Assembly: GCA_965205015.1 (NCBI GenBank)
Contig: CBDBFQ010000001.1
Coordinates: 1-64,000, forward strand
Origin: Candidatus Poribacteria bacterium
GTDB taxonomy: Bacteria; Poribacteria; WGA-4E; WGA-3G
Direction of reading: 5' to 3'
Length of the DNA: 64,000 bases
Made by a program: the position numbers and the translations under genes
Notes under the pieces: generated by a model
Told to the model about the DNA's origin: nothing
The model's input: only the letters and a program-made list of their open reading frames with translations
Database searches by the model: none
Shown here: positions 14,692 to 27,886 of the stretch, one piece after another
Position numbering within the stretch: position 1 is the stretch's first letter
Layout: each line of letters opens with the position of its first letter

Positions 14692-15108
14692 TTAAGGATG
14701 CTTTATCCCATTATGAATTTCCAGACATTGTGAAGAGTTGGTCTTCCCCCCATAGTATAAAAAGCTATTTTTCCATATGGCTAATCCGGCATGGCATAAT
14801 TTACGGTGACATACAGCATGCTGATGTGCTACATCTATAATCTGTACTCCCAACGTAATAACGTTATATGTCTTACGTGTACGTACAAGAAACAAAATCA
14901 CCGTTCTGCCCAGGTCATATCTAGTAAAGCATCACTGCAACAGCAGTCCTGTTGAGCTTCTGCCACCAACAATAGTGCACAATGCCCCAAATCAGGTCGA
15001 ACGCTTCGTACACCAGTAAATCTCACCTTTGTCAACTTCTATCAGCGCCACATTGGCTGCTTGGCGCAGGTCTTGGGATTTAGGATCTACATGCTTCCAA
15101 GCCTCCAT
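14692..15108 (-). pseudogene. Possible spliced gene remnant (first exon plus short exons, Kelch-like motif)
   Basis: CCGGAAGT motif upstream. ATG exon 15108-15027 ends at G|GTGAGA. Candidate exon from 14959. Downstream H...IWKNSFLYYGG is out of phase. Copy at ~50494-50910 (+). Confidence 0.25.
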
Positions 15109-15669
15109 TTGTTTACGGAGCCCTACTACTTCCGGTGAACGAAAAACGCGATAGTGAGGAGGCTATAGCGCGCTCAGTCGTCAGGGATCTGAACATGATT
15201 ACAGAGTTGCTTTTAGCAGTTTTATAGCATGGTTTCCTGAATATGATGAAAATTCCAACGATGGCGTGAGTGTAGGAGCATGCAGAAACAGGGGAGACTA
15301 CCACGGGTGCACAGCAATGCATGAGTGCTCTGTTGTGGATCGTGCGGGGAATCGCGCCTTACTCTAGCGCATCATTTTGTGGTGCATCGATTTGCAGTGC
15401 AGGCGTTTAGTGCATCGGTTTGCCGTGCAGATTGTAGATTGTGTACTGGTGTGGAAATACTGGCCAGGGGAGGGGGAGAAACCACATCATTATTCAAACA
15501 GTATATGGCGTGATAGAGCATTGAGGAAAGTGCTATGGAAATGCCCTGGTAAGGTAAGGGGGAAAAAGTAAAAGCAAAGGTCTAGAGCTAGGTCTGTGCA
15601 GTTATATACATATGTCACATAAACAGAACAGTGTTTGGGCATGCATGTTAGCTAAGTGGATCATCCGGC

Positions 15670-16300
15670 TCAGTCTCTGCTGTTGGGAGGTTTAGCAGCC
15701 ATGTTCCAGGGTGATTTCTGGGCTGAAAAGATCGTGTAGCTACCAGAGGTAGGTGCTTTTGCTGCATCAGTCAGGGCTCTTCGTCTATCAGAGGCTTTGC
15801 TCTGTGGGGCAGCATGTTTTAGAGCCGCATCCGCCTCGCGTGTGTAGTGGCCTAAGCAGCCAATCAATGGTCAGCAGTTGAACTTGATAGCCCAGGGCAG
15901 ATAGGTCTGAATCTAAGATCTGGTAGTTGGCTTTCCCCTGCTTCCGGGCTCTAGCATTCTTGATGCTGGAGAAGTTGTTACAGGGCACGGTGAGCTCCAA
16001 TATTGTGGCATGCTTGCCATCAATGACAAAGACGTCCGGCCTGGCAGTAGTCCCAACGATGGTGGGGGGATGGTTGCAGGAGGGGACTCACATGCCCTGT
16101 ACCATGTCGTGGCGCCACGTGCATCGTCCATCCGTCAAGGCTGTTGGGCTGCAGTTCAAAACATGCTGTGCATTGCAGAGTGGACCGTTACCTAGCAGTT
16201 CACGAGTTATGCAACATGCACTGGTTTGCACCACAGCGCAGCCACGTAGTCTGATGAGCCAACCCCTTCCCTCGTTTGCGCAATAAGGTCTGATCTCCCA
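15670..16300 (-). mobile_element. 3' fragment of a non-LTR retrotransposon with restriction-like endonuclease (RLE clade)
   Basis: PLCNAQHVLNC...GRCTWRHD zinc knuckle, then RPDVFVIDGKHATILELTVP..ARARKQGKANYQIL..DLSALGY..IGCLGHY (PD-(D/E)xK type), with frameshifts. Confidence 0.85.
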
Positions 16301-16936
16301 GACTACACAGCCCCACGCCACACGCGGGTTATAGCATAGCTAGCTACATTCCCTAATACCCAAATTTACGTAGGCTAAATGGAATTATATTGGTAGCAGA
16401 TTCTGATCAAAACTAAAGAAGGCCACAAACTGACGCACCATGCTGAAAGCGGGCTCAGCCATTGCGCTTGCTTGCACGTAGCTACACTTCACTTGAAGTT
16501 GCCGCCATTTAAATGACGTAATGGCCCCTTGCAAGCTGCTTCCAACTATACAAGTCTAACCAATATAAAATTGCAGTTCAATTGAAGTCTAATTGATTAC
16601 CGTATTTCTTCTAATTTTTCGTCCTTCCAATTTTTTGTCATCTTGGACAAACCGTATGGTTTTCTTCTGACGAATTTGTTGTCTTCTAATTCCACGTCTG
16701 TCTTCCAATTCGCCGTCATTGTAACAGCATTCTATAGTGACGACATTGTTTGTAGCTTAAGCCGTTGGCGATGGACCAAGAGTTGTGCCGGTACGTGCTG
16801 CTGTAAACTCCTGAACTTTGAGCTCTGCTCCCATCGTTGTGTACATAAGGCTTGCATGTCTGTAACCTCCTAAGGTGCTTTTGTGTAGCCCGGTGATTAT
16901 AGCCCAGGCATCAGTGCTTATCTACTGCATGCAGTA

Positions 16937-17150
16937 TGGTAAGGGCGCTTAATTTCAGAGGGTTCTTAATTCCGGACATTAGATATTTTCTCACTGCTGT
17001 TTCAACAAATACTCAGCTGTGACTTGACCACTTACTGCTTGCTTTGTGTGCAGTAAGTGGATGAATTATAGGTGAGTATTACTTACACTGATGGCAAGAT
17101 AATACAGGTGTCCAGAATTAGGAACCATCTGAAATTAGGTGCACTAACCT
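16937..17150. mobile_element. ~215-bp MITE (Tc1/mariner-pogo type)
   Basis: ~40-bp imperfect TIRs (GGTAAG.GC.C.TAATTTCAGA.GGTTC.TAATTC.GGACA) flanked by TA. Copies at ~27147-27362, ~48407-48621 and ~53610-53824. Confidence 0.8.
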
Positions 17151-17569
17151 TACACACAAGGTGATGATGCACTGTGTAGCAATCTTATGCAGTGCTATTA
17201 GTTACCTACATATCTGTCTGCCTACCTACCTACCTATTATTATACAGCTTCAGAGTTACTCTTCAGGAGAAGTGTATATGCGCCTACGTTTGTGGGGTCC
17301 AGTCGTTTACCATAGATAAGTTAGCTAAGTTATCAAATGCACTTCTGACCACTCTACTAAATGTTTGCAATGCCATCAATACTGCACACAGGTGCAGTTC
17401 CCCATTGTTACTAAGTGCCTGTGGGGGGGCTGTGACATTCTGGTGACTTTGCAAAGGGTCCATCTGTAGCACTTGGGAATAGATAGGGAGAAGAAGTCCA
17501 TCCACATTCTCATGTTGGGGCAGCTTAACTTCACCTTTGACCCATCATCCCTGCTCTTATGCAAGGGTT

Positions 17570-18205
17570 TGCTGTGTAGGTGAATGATGGAGTAGATTAA
17601 GGTGTGATATCACAGCGATGGACTCCTAAGTCTGAAGACTAACTAGTTGTACCATTATGTCCATAGACCTCTGAAAATGGCTAAGGGCAGGAAAGAAAGG
17701 TGGAGCCACCGGGATTCAAACCAAGGGCCTTTGGCTTTCTGTGCCAGTGCTCTGCTGCTGAGCTACGACTCCCACCGGCAACCGCCCCTCAACCCTCAAT
17801 GGTATCGGCAACCACCCTCAACCCTCAATGGTACAACTACAGTGTTCGGACTTAGGAGTAATCACCGTCGGAGTCCATTGCTGTGACATCGCTCATTGAC
17901 TACTCCATCATTCACCTACACAGCAACCCTTTGCATAACCAACACCATACCAAGAGCAGGTCACGTACATAAGGGCAAAATTGAGGGTGGTTGCCGGTGG
18001 GAGTCGTAGCTCAGTGGCAGAGCACTGGCACGGAAAGCCAAAGGCCATGTGTTTGAATCCCGGTGGCTCCACCTTTCTTTCCTGCCCTTAGCCATTTTGA
18101 GAGGTCTACGGACATAATGGTACAACTAGTTAGTATTCTGACTTAGGAGCCCTCACCATCGGAGTCCATCGCTTATTGCTCAATAATCTACTCCATCATC
18201 CCTGC
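17570..18205. mobile_element. Cluster of tRNA-derived SINEs in inverted orientation
   Basis: tRNA-like heads with A/B boxes at 17699-17773 (-) and 17999-18073 (+) share the same non-tRNA body. An extra 3' fragment lies at ~17828-17930. Copies at ~47335-47975 and ~54255-54895. Confidence 0.85.
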
Positions 18206-20699
18206 TCTTGTAGTACTTTATAAAGTATTAAACCATGTGACCTCATCAGCTGTGTCTGCCTGTTTTGACTTTTCCCAAGACACCGCAGCTGCCACTCAAG
18301 ATGGCCACATTGGTCAGCAATAACATATTAATCACGGTGATGTCTGCCACTACAGCAGGTGTGCTGAGCAAGTGTAGGCAGTGATTAAATGATGAGGAAT
18401 GCATTTCTTCACAACTTCCTGATAGTATAATTGGAAGTTGTAGCTGAGATTGAGCCACTTGTTGAGGTATAAGGTCGGTTGGTAGATGTGTATTCGTCAC
18501 AGTTGATGGATGTGGGACCTGGAAAGCAGTCATACTGTATAAATGTGTACATATCAACAGTAGTTGATACTGGTGCATGTGTGGTAGCCACAGATCTATG
18601 AAAGAAAACATTGCTTTGATCTGCTGTTGGGAATTAAGTGTTGGGTGGTACAGTATATGGTCATCCTTCAGTATGTCACAATTTAGTGAGCCTTTCTGTA
18701 CATCAGTATTACAAGGATGGCACAAATTGACATTTAACCCTATGGTACATATAGCAGAGTGTCTCCCTTGAGCCATGGACTAGACACTGCAGTCAATCAC
18801 AATAATTTCATAGTTGCTAGTTCTCCCAATTCTACATGTGAGCTCGGCTGAGCAAGAGGAAGTGTCCAGCATGCATTAAGTGCTGCCGAATAGATGTAGA
18901 TGTGTGGATATGTGAGGGGCAGTTTACATAATGGTGGTGTTATTTTTGCCTACAGGCTGTCAGAATGGCCAAGGTAGTAGAGCAAAAAAGTTTCCTCTAT
19001 CGCAGCCTAGCAGTCACAGGATGAAATGCTGGTATAGACTTTGTTCCTTTATAGTCAAGTCTGGTTGTTTCCGGTGTAAATTGTCTGTTGTGTGACACCT
19101 TCTGCTATAATATGTGATACAATCCTCTCCACTGAATATTTGTAAGAGATAGCCAGTTCACTTCTATCCATACTTCGCCATCCTCTTATACGTAGTTCTC
19201 ATAATGGATAGGAACTTTGATGTGATGACTCGTTATGGCAAGATGGCTATGTCTTCACAGTGTAAGGAGTCCATTTTGGCATACTGCATTATTGAGGTAA
19301 GCAGTAAGTACTCTGTATGCAAGACTCATTTGCTTCTCCATCTGTAGCATATTTCACTGCTGGTGTTGCACTCCTAGGTATTGTTATTGCCATGCCATAT
19401 AATCCTATACTGAGCACCTGACATCACTAGTCTAAGCTGATTGATTGCAACTTTCCTTGTATCTGTATTAGCAAACTCTTCTATCATTGACACCCCAAAG
19501 TGGAACTCTTCCTACAGGTGCCACAAGCTGTTATCACTCCTGTCAACCAAGGTGCCTGGTGCAGTGACCTCTCTAGCCTCTACGGGAATGGTATTGTGAC
19601 CTTTGCAGCCCTCATTTGCTCTTGGCCTTCCTTAATGTCTCTTTATTGTGCCCTTTCTATTATATAGCACTCTTCACGCTTGCCATGGTGCCAGAAGGGC
19701 TTGCAATGCATGCACCTCATCATTATGAATACAATGTAATAGGAAATTTACCAGGCCTCCACTGTGTGTACATTACCTTTGGCAAGAACACTGACCAGGT
19801 GTATCCGTTGGAGTTTTGTGCCATGGTTTAGGGGATACCATGCATTACAGCCATAAGTACTCATGCTATACATGCCATGCAGTCTGGTTCCTCTTACTGA
19901 ATGCAGGTAGATTTACGTATGGCCTCAGACACTTCCTTGTAGGAGTTGTACTATTCATTTTACATCTTTAGTGTAATAGATACACCCACCACCCTGTGCA
20001 AGTTGCAATGTGTACATATTTACATGTGTGCGCAATGGTAAAGCCACTACTTTGTTTTAGGAAAACTCCACTTGAACCTGCGTGTGGTGGCCCATGGTCT
20101 TGCAGAGGCATCAACCAAGTTCCTGCGAGAAGTCCTCGACCACCTCCTCTATTATTCTGGATGTGTGGCAAATGGCGCAGAGTAGTGGCTGGAGTAAAGG
20201 TATGAATACTTTGTTTGTTGCATACTTTATGCTCTTCCACGGTCTGATCACATATCAATCAGGTTGCTTTCCATTAGCCCCAAATGCTCTAGCCAGGGTA
20301 GAATGTTGGCCAAGGTCAGCAATCTGTGAATAGCATCATTCTGTCACTTTGCCAACAGCTAAGACCATGGTTGGAATGTAGCATTAGTCATATTATGTTC
20401 TACAAGCAAATGGAATTGTGTGAAGTATATTGTCTGTTTATGTTGCTCACTGTCTGTGGTCACTGACACACATAGGGACATGCACACTGTACTCACTTTG
20501 GCAGCACAGGAAATGGCCTACCATGGCTCACAGTGACTTATATATGACATGCAGTAGCAGTTCCAGAACATTCTCACAAGGCCATTACTGCATATTAATC
20601 AGTAGTCTGTTATCACTTCGATTTGTTAGATCCGGATCTCTCACACTCTTTAGAGTCACTCTCCCCCTCTTGGCTGTAACAAGGTAGGGGCTGTCCCAT

Positions 20700-21260
20700 A
20701 CTGAATCGGCAGACTGGGCAGGGTGTCAGTATTTGTGTTCATCTAGCCCCACTTATACTGCGCTGTAAACTGGCATGGCTGTAGAGCAGGATTCCACCTT
20801 GCAAAGAGTGCCCTTCATCTTATCCAACCACTTCAGCAAGTACGTGCGTGATGGTTGGTTTGAATATTAAATGGTCTACAGCAAGCATCTATACAGATAA
20901 CTTAATGGCAGGCTTTTCAACTGTTGAATAGGACCCTCCAACAGGAACCAACTTCTTTCTAATGCATCCTTTCTACAATGAATAGCTTTTGTAAATCTTG
21001 GCTCCTTAGAATCAGATAGGTGCAGATGATTTCCTTCAACTACAGTATAACATGAAAGCCTCATCACAGGCTGTTGTGTATCTGACTAGGTTGGGAGCAA
21101 TCTTTCTCCTCAGGTCCATCATGGGCTGGGTATCTTGGCAAAGTCTGGAGTGAATCTATGATAATAGCCTGTGAGACCCAGAAATGTTTCCACTAGCTTC
21201 TTTATTTGTGGGATAGGACATCTTTCTACTGCCTCCACCTTGGATGGCTGAGGACGGACC
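20700..21260 (-). mobile_element. Decayed Gypsy/Ty3 pol fragment (RT-RNaseH)
   Basis: PSKVEAVERCPIPQIKKLVETFLGLTGYYHRFTPDFAKI and ARWNPALQPCQFTAQYKWG*MNTNTDTLPSLP. Weaker protease/integrase-like remnants extend to ~19700. Confidence 0.8.
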
Positions 21261-21626
21261 AAACCATTGCTCACAATGTGTCAGATGTACCTATATTAAT
21301 ATTCAGTCATTGCAAAGTGGCATTTTCTTGGGTTGGTGGTCAGTCATTGCTCAGTTTTGTATGGTACTTAAGGTAGTAGGGAAGGCTCAGAGCTTCCTTT
21401 GGAATACATTACTTCTGGTTATGTAACTCTGAAACCATATAATCAAGAAGCTTGATTATTGCAAATGTGATTGTCAAGGAAATTTCTCATAATCTGGCGT
21501 TAGCCATGAATTGATCAAAAAATATAGCTTCAGAAGAACTCAAACGCCTTCAGGAAAACTCTATCTAGTTGTGCCCTGAATAGCTGAGAAGAACCAAACC
21601 TGGGATATAGTATCTACAAGCATGTG

Positions 21627-21718
21627 TGCACAAAGCTATGGGAGGCCACCTTCACCAAAGTTGCGGTAACTTGCTCACGAATGCGAATTTCAAAGTGGCC
21701 TCCCATAGTTTTCTGTGC
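21627..21718. repeat. Short imperfect inverted repeat
   Basis: CTATGGGAGGCCAC ... GTGGCCTCCCATAG arms about 45 bp apart. Confidence 0.7.
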
Positions 21719-22974
21719 GTGTTTGTGTACATTCCGATGAACCCAACCGCATTTGAAGATTTGGCAGCGCTGCAGACTAGATAGCCCAGCAACACTTTTG
21801 TCCTACACACTACTATAGTGGTGAGCATACAGTGAGTTGAATGCGATGTAAAAACATGCAACATTGCACACCGATGCCACGAAGAGAGCACTAGAAGTCT
21901 TCGTTGGCGCTTAAAACCCTTTCACGGTGCGAGGAACGAGCGATTTCTAAATTCAGTCTTTACACACCACGTAGTGGATAATTGCTTGGTTTTCACACCT
22001 CGACTTCAAAGTGTCAAGCTTGTGAAGAGATGGCCGTCGTCCGTTGTAGTGCAGATGGCAATCGAATGCTAGAAGTTCCGTAGCATGGTAGCGAAGGCTT
22101 TGGTATCCAAGGGAGTACTCTTATGACCGGGGCGCTCGAAGAGAGAGCCCTTCCACGCGAATAGGATGAAGTACGGTGACGGTGTAAGTGGAACAGGAGT
22201 CGCTAACTGTTCTTTCCGCACAGAACGCAGGACATCGGTGGAGGCTCCACCGTCGATAGAGTACAGTTATTTCAACCCTGTTTAGATCGAAACGGCGTAC
22301 CTTGAACGTTTGCAACAGTTGATCTGCACGACAATCGTTCGACGAAGTGTGTACCACGAAATGCGTTCTGGAGGACTTGCTGGAGAGCATTACCGGCGTT
22401 GGATATGAGCGGACGTGCTTGAACAGCTTCCAATACCAATATGGGGTGTAGAATGTAGCCAAAAAGGGTTGGAAACAGCGATTTTGCTGAAGAAATAAGT
22501 ATTGGTCTCATTAATTACCTGTCACCTACAGTGCACCACCTTTTGGCTATAATTTCTATCATCCATAACGCGTGGGGAAGGAGTGATTGCCACCAAAGTT
22601 CAGATATACACACCACACCCCTGAACCAACAACTGTACCAGATTTCATGCAATTTGATTTGGCTCTGCAGTTTGAGCACATCATCAAACACCCCAAGACA
22701 GATGCAGAAGGCAAGGTACATTGTGTATCATTATGGGACAATGGTATAGTCTTCTTGGAAGTCACTAGGCAAAGATTTGATTCTTTGCCAAATGTTTCGG
22801 CAGCTGGCTGCTGCCTTCTTCAGTGGTAATGGCTTACAGAGTGTGTGGTGGTTAAATACGTGAGGGTGACAGTTGATGTGATGGGTAATGATGCAACAGT
22901 TAACGATGAATGAAATTAAAATGTAATTGAAATGAGTGTTAGTAATTAGCAGTTGGTGAGATGTGAATTATGAA

Positions 22975-23460
22975 TGTTTAATGAGGGTCTTGTAGCTGTG
23001 GGGGAGTGAGCCTAACTCTCTGTTCAGGGGATTGGGTTCCTTGTGGATGGCCCAGGACTCCAGGAGGCACCGTCTAGAAGTGTGGGGGCAGGTGTCGATA
23101 ACGTGTACCTCATCCCATTGGATGGGGTGTCCAGTAGAGTTAGAGTGCTCTGCTAGGACTGAGGTGGCTATGTCACTGTAGCGTACTGACCTTTGGTGTT
23201 CTTTTATCCGCTGGGCTAAAGTTCTACTGGTTTGTCCTTTGTATGCTCTTGGGCAATTGGTGCATAGAATGCGGTAGACAGCGCACGATCTTTCTTGTTC
23301 GGGGATGGGTCCTTTTGGGTGTACTAAGATTTGCCGTTGCGTGTTTGTCCGACGAAAAGTGGTTCTGATGCCTAGTGGTGATAAGATCTGTCTAATGGTC
23401 GCTGAGGTGCCTCTGATGTAGGGTATAGTGGTGAAGGTAGTGGTGGTTGGTGCTTGAGAG
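22975..23460 (-). mobile_element. Penelope-like element, GIY-YIG endonuclease fragment
   Basis: AVYRILCTNCPRAYKGQTSRTLAQRIKEHQR...LAEHSNSTGHPIQWDEV...RCLLESWAIHKEPNPLNRELG. Confidence 0.88.
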
Positions 23461-23629
23461 GGTAAAGTTTGGTCTTGCGAAGGGTGAGAGTGACGTTGGA
23501 TGGGTCAAGCTTTGTGCAATACTCCATGAAGCCACCATGGTGCACCTCTAAGTGGTGTCTATGGTGCAATGAGTATTTGTGAGCTGTTATAACTAGTTAT
23601 AACCAAATTCATGGAACTCACAGCTCGGA

Positions 23630-23760
23630 AGGGAAAAGGCGACAGGGGAAAAAGGACCAGCGGCCATGCTCAAACTCGGGACCTACGCTCTATCGTGGAG
23701 TTTCAGCCACGCGAGCCACGGAGACCGGTCGAGATCCTTCGTCCCCATCACTCTTATGTG
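23630..23760 (-). mobile_element. Degenerate tRNA-related SINE (different family)
   Basis: Minus strand CCGTGGCTCGCGTGG (A box) ... GGTCCCGAGTTTGAGC (B-box-like), followed by a pyrimidine-rich body. Confidence 0.5.
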
Positions 23761-24809
23761 CCAGTCACAGTTGTGCCGCTATCCAGCGACACTTGTGCAT
23801 GTGACCCTTCCCTACTATCTTAAAGCCTGCTGGATCTTCATCTAACCATAGCACATGGTCTTCTAATGTGTACGTGTACCTCAAGATCTTGTACGCATGC
23901 TGCAATAAATAGCTTGCAGTACTTACAGGCCAGACTACAAGGGATTTAGTATGCAAATCTCCATAGAAGTAAGATGGGTCATAGCAATGAGTTGACACCA
24001 CTTTCTTCACTTTTATGGACATTCCTAAATTCCCTGGTAATTTAATGTAATTCACTAGTGTACTGAAAGGCCTCAGGTCCTCCCTTCAGTGCAAAAGGTG
24101 TAACTCTAAGTTGGTACAACCGAAGTGGAGTGATGGAAGCTGTCTTAGCACAATTCTCTACAGCCACTGGCACCTGGCGATAACCTTGAGTGATTTCTAG
24201 TGTTGTGACGAGCTTGGCAGTTCCTAGGTGATAAAACGCTATACTAGACCATGGGGGTAGTACAGAAGGACTTGATCCCCAAGAGATGATATACCCATCA
24301 GCTGGACATAAAATTGTACCCTTAACCTATAATGATTTTTCTGGTATCCCAATTTATGAAAAAGACTACCAACTCCTGTGCTTAATCGTCAGCCATGGAG
24401 CATGGTGGCATGGCTTCTGGGTACCATGTTGTGTAGTCACATACTACTAATGTGGCTATTATTAAAGTAGCTGTGATCTCTATGACTGCAGTACAGGGAA
24501 CCACTATGTTCATTGTAATGCAGTGGAAGGGTTCCTCCACAATTGGCAAAGGAATCAGTGGTGTTCAGTATGTTTCTGTACAATACTAGAGGTAGTATTA
24601 CTCAATCAACATACAGTACAATGTTCTTGTTTGTTCGCTGTCACGAGTAACAGGCTTTGCCTTGGCTGTACCATGTTATTTCTCGTCAAAGTGGCAAGTG
24701 GGGTAAAATTGAACATGCAGTATAACAGATACATTTAGTGTTCATTATCACGTTATGTTGGTTCAATTGGGTTCTTAGTTTACTCAGGGGCAATCAGCAA
24801 ATTTTGACT

Positions 24810-25400
24810 AGTGCTCATTAAAGGTGGTGACATATTTCACATGGCCACTGATCTGGGGCGTCTGGCATGGCTTACAAGCAGGTACAGCACAGGTGGTACC
24901 AAGAATCCCATCCATTGCAAGCCACACAGTTGTTATCATCATGTATGTTGTTGCATGCCATGCATACATCATCAACCTCTGAATCTGACTGTGAATGTGA
25001 AAATTTTGTAGTAAGAGTATCAATCTGTCTGAAGTTCAGCTCCCACTATATGAGTAAGGTGAAAACCTAACTCCTGCATTGCCAGGCAAATTGAAACAGT
25101 TTCCTGCTCCTCTCCCATAGTGATGATGATTGGGTGCCCTGGACCCTTGGGCACATTTGAACCTGCATGAAGTTATAGAGCGCATCTTCATTGTAATGAG
25201 TATACTTGATTGTACTTGCATGATGTTTTTTACCCTTTGTGATGTTGATGTAGGGTAGTGGCAAGGATTCTAAACTGTTTGCTGTTTGACAGGCAATTGT
25301 CACTCTTGACACACTTGTTAGCACCTCAGCAGACCACTGTCCTGTGCATGTCCTTGCACGGCTTTTTAAATCTTCCACTACATAGGCTAGAACATTTACA
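24810..25400 (-). mobile_element. Internally deleted pogo/Tigger-like transposase remnant with PHD finger
   Basis: GQWSAEVL... (psq HTH-like), EEQETVSICLAMQELGFHLT (CENP-B HTH-like), and CMAC...VACNGWDSWYHLCC...WPCEIC (PHD). Confidence 0.6.
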
Positions 25401-26139
25401 CAATTCACATGATGATTTTTCCAGTGTCTTCAAAGTAGTGTTCTCTTTTCATGACTCCGCTCGGTGAGTAACATTTCATTATTGACAGGGGCTGTGTAAA
25501 GATATTCTTAGCACCTTTTAGTCATTGTTGTAAGACTTTAGCATGTGTCAAAAGTTACCTGGTAATGTCTATTGCTCTCTATTTTTGTGACAGTACAGAA
25601 TTAAGACCTTTACAGGCATTTTATGCCTATACGTATTTGCCGAAGGTACGTAAGGCCTAAATGTCCTGTGATATAAAGTTGTTTCCTTGCTTGGTGCCTC
25701 CTCCAGCTTCCTGGCGTCTCTGCCTTTTCTGCTTCCAGGTGAGCTTCACTCTTTCTCAACTGGTCCCACGGGGCTCTTAGTCAAAGCCTTCTTCTAACAT
25801 GGGCTCCACCAGTGGTGCAGCTCATGTTCAAAACAATGACTGAACCTTGGTCCTGAGCAGTGATTTTGATCCTCCACTCTTGCCATCTTCTGAGCCTCTC
25901 TCCTGTCATGAGCTCAGATAGGACTCTTGACTTTTCCACAGTCATGTGCATACTGCATAGTTGCCCTGCTGCCCACAAGTGTAGCAGCCCTTGGTCAAGC
26001 CTCAATACTTCTCACTGGGGTTCCATTGTGTCTGGTGCACTTGTTGATGGTGAATATTGGTTTGTGCCAGCTCAGTCATCTTTGCAAGCCTTCTTGCATC
26101 AAGGTGTATGACCCATTGCTTTTGCTAGTCCTGGCATTT

Positions 26140-26450
26140 GCTAGCCATGAATCTTTTAGAATGTCTGGGGGCAGCCTGATCACCCTGCCATACAACAATT
26201 CAAACGTTGAAAGCCAGTGATTATCTGTGGAACTTTATATTAACTTTTAACTTCAATATGCAAAAGTACATTTTGAGGAGAAGTTTATCATAGCCCTTGC
26301 CCTCATCTGTCACTGCCTTCAGAGCACTGCCTTCAGGGTCCCTTTGAACCACTCAACAATCCCATCCGGCTGTAGATGAGATGATGGGCTAGTGTGCTTG
26401 GCTGGACTGTAATAAGTGATAAAGTTCATACAACAGCTGCGACATAGGTG
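26140..26450 (-). mobile_element. Decayed Gypsy integrase core fragment
   Basis: HLQPDGIVEWFKGTLKAVL..EGKGYDKLL..VPQIITGF.FELLYGRVIRLPPDILKDSW. Confidence 0.8.
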
Positions 26451-26459
26451 CCCTACTTT

Positions 26460-27378
26460 ATCATTCACCTACACAGCAAACTCTTGCATAAGATGATGGG
26501 TCAATAGATCAAAGAGTAATCACTGGTATTACGCCAAACCCACCAACTACACCAGTATTAGTGTCTCAGTTGGGGGGTGGGGCACGAAGCCCTATTGAGT
26601 GGCAACCAGTGATCACCTCCCCCCCAGTCATCCAGCAAAGATGGAAGAGCCACAGACAGCTACTTCTCCCTGATTGGGGATCATCAGTGTAGCATACTGA
26701 TGGTCGATGTTAGATGACTGGCTGCTTCTGTATCCACCCCAAGTTAAACATCGTCCCCCTCATGATGGGTCAAAGGTGCCCCAACATGAGAATGAGGATG
26801 GATTTCCTCTAGCTCCCCTATCTATTCCCAAGTGCTACAGATGAACCCTTTGCAAAGTCACCAGAATGTCACAGCCACAGGCACTTAGTAACAATGGGGA
26901 ACTGCACCTGTGTGCAGTATTGATGGCATTGCAAACATTTAGTAGAGTGGTCAGAAGTGCATTTGATAACTTAGCCAACTCATCTATGGTAAACGACTGT
27001 ATCTCACAAACATAGGCGCACATACACTTCTCCTGAAGAGTAACTCTGAAGCTGTACAATAATAGGTAGGTAGGTAGGCAGACAGATATGTAGGCAACTA
27101 ATAGCACTGCATAAGATTGCTACACAGTGCATCATCACCTTGTCTGTAAGGTAAGTGCACCTAATTTTAGATGGTTCCTAATTCTGGACACCTGTATTAT
27201 CTTGCCATCAGTGTATGTAATACTCACCTATAATTCGTTCACTTACTGCACACAAAGCAAGCAGTAAGTGGTCGAGTCACAGCTGAGTATTTGTTGAAAC
27301 AGCAGTGAGAAAATATCTAATGTCCGGAATTAGGAACCCTCTGAAATTAAGCGCCCTTACCATACTGCATGCAGTAGA
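26460..27378 (-). repeat. Partial inverted copy of 16920-17590, interrupted at ~26500-26760
   Basis: ORF 26835-27107(-) mirrors 17192-17446(+). The copy includes the MITE and a SINE tail. Confidence 0.9.
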
Positions 27379-27829
27379 CATGGCTGCCTTGGGTGAGCAC
27401 TTGGCAGCAGCATGCCTATGCTACTGGCAGTTGTCGCATTTACATTCCACTTAAAGCCCCCCATGTTGGGGGGGGGGGGGGCTGCTTCTCTGGCTACCCT
27501 AACAGCAGCCCCAGCATGCACGTCGTTCTTGGTTACATGCCCCACGTTTCTACAACCAAGGCAGCAATTCCCAATTTCCTCAGCTCCTGGCTGTCTGCTA
27601 GAATGTCTCTGCTGCTCCCCCAGTGTCCAGGAGTTCTGTCCTCTGATCTTGCTGGTAGTCACCCACAAGTTGTTCTGCTTTCTGGCTTGACTTAGGCTTT
27701 CTCTCTAATGCTCGTACTCAGATTTACTTAGTAGGGAATGTGTGAGGTGCTCCAACACAATGGCCTCCAATAAATCCTCCATCTTGGTATATTCACGTGG
27801 TAAGGATGTGGCAGTGTTTGTGGTGTATC

Positions 27830-27886
27830 TATGTATGTATGTATGTATGTATGTATGTATGTATGTATGTATGTATGTATGTATGT
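27830..27886. repeat. (TATG)n microsatellite
   Basis: About 14 tandem units. Confidence 0.97.

Larger units (their letters stand above)
12740..19072 (+). repeat. 6.3-kb segmental duplication, inverted at 46476-52875
   Basis: Colinear mirror ORFs (e.g. 16643-16873+ with 48685-48915-, 18246-18776- with 46758-47186+). Junctions read directly. Scattered substitutions and indels between copies. Confidence 0.95.

Noticed and set aside
17699-18073. tRNA genes (also the copies near 47.5-47.8 kb and 54.4-54.8 kb)
   Set aside because: The T-loop is degenerate (GTTTGAA), the anticodon arms differ between copies, and all share a long non-tRNA body. They are SINE heads.
18246-18776. 176-aa ORF (142 aa in the copies at 46758 and 55045)
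   Set aside because: No recognisable domain, and the frame is not preserved between duplicates. Recurrence is explained by the segmental duplication.
21860-22510. CpG-rich segment with a 113-aa ORF
   Set aside because: Compositionally distinct, but I could not recognise any domain or splice structure. It is left unannotated.
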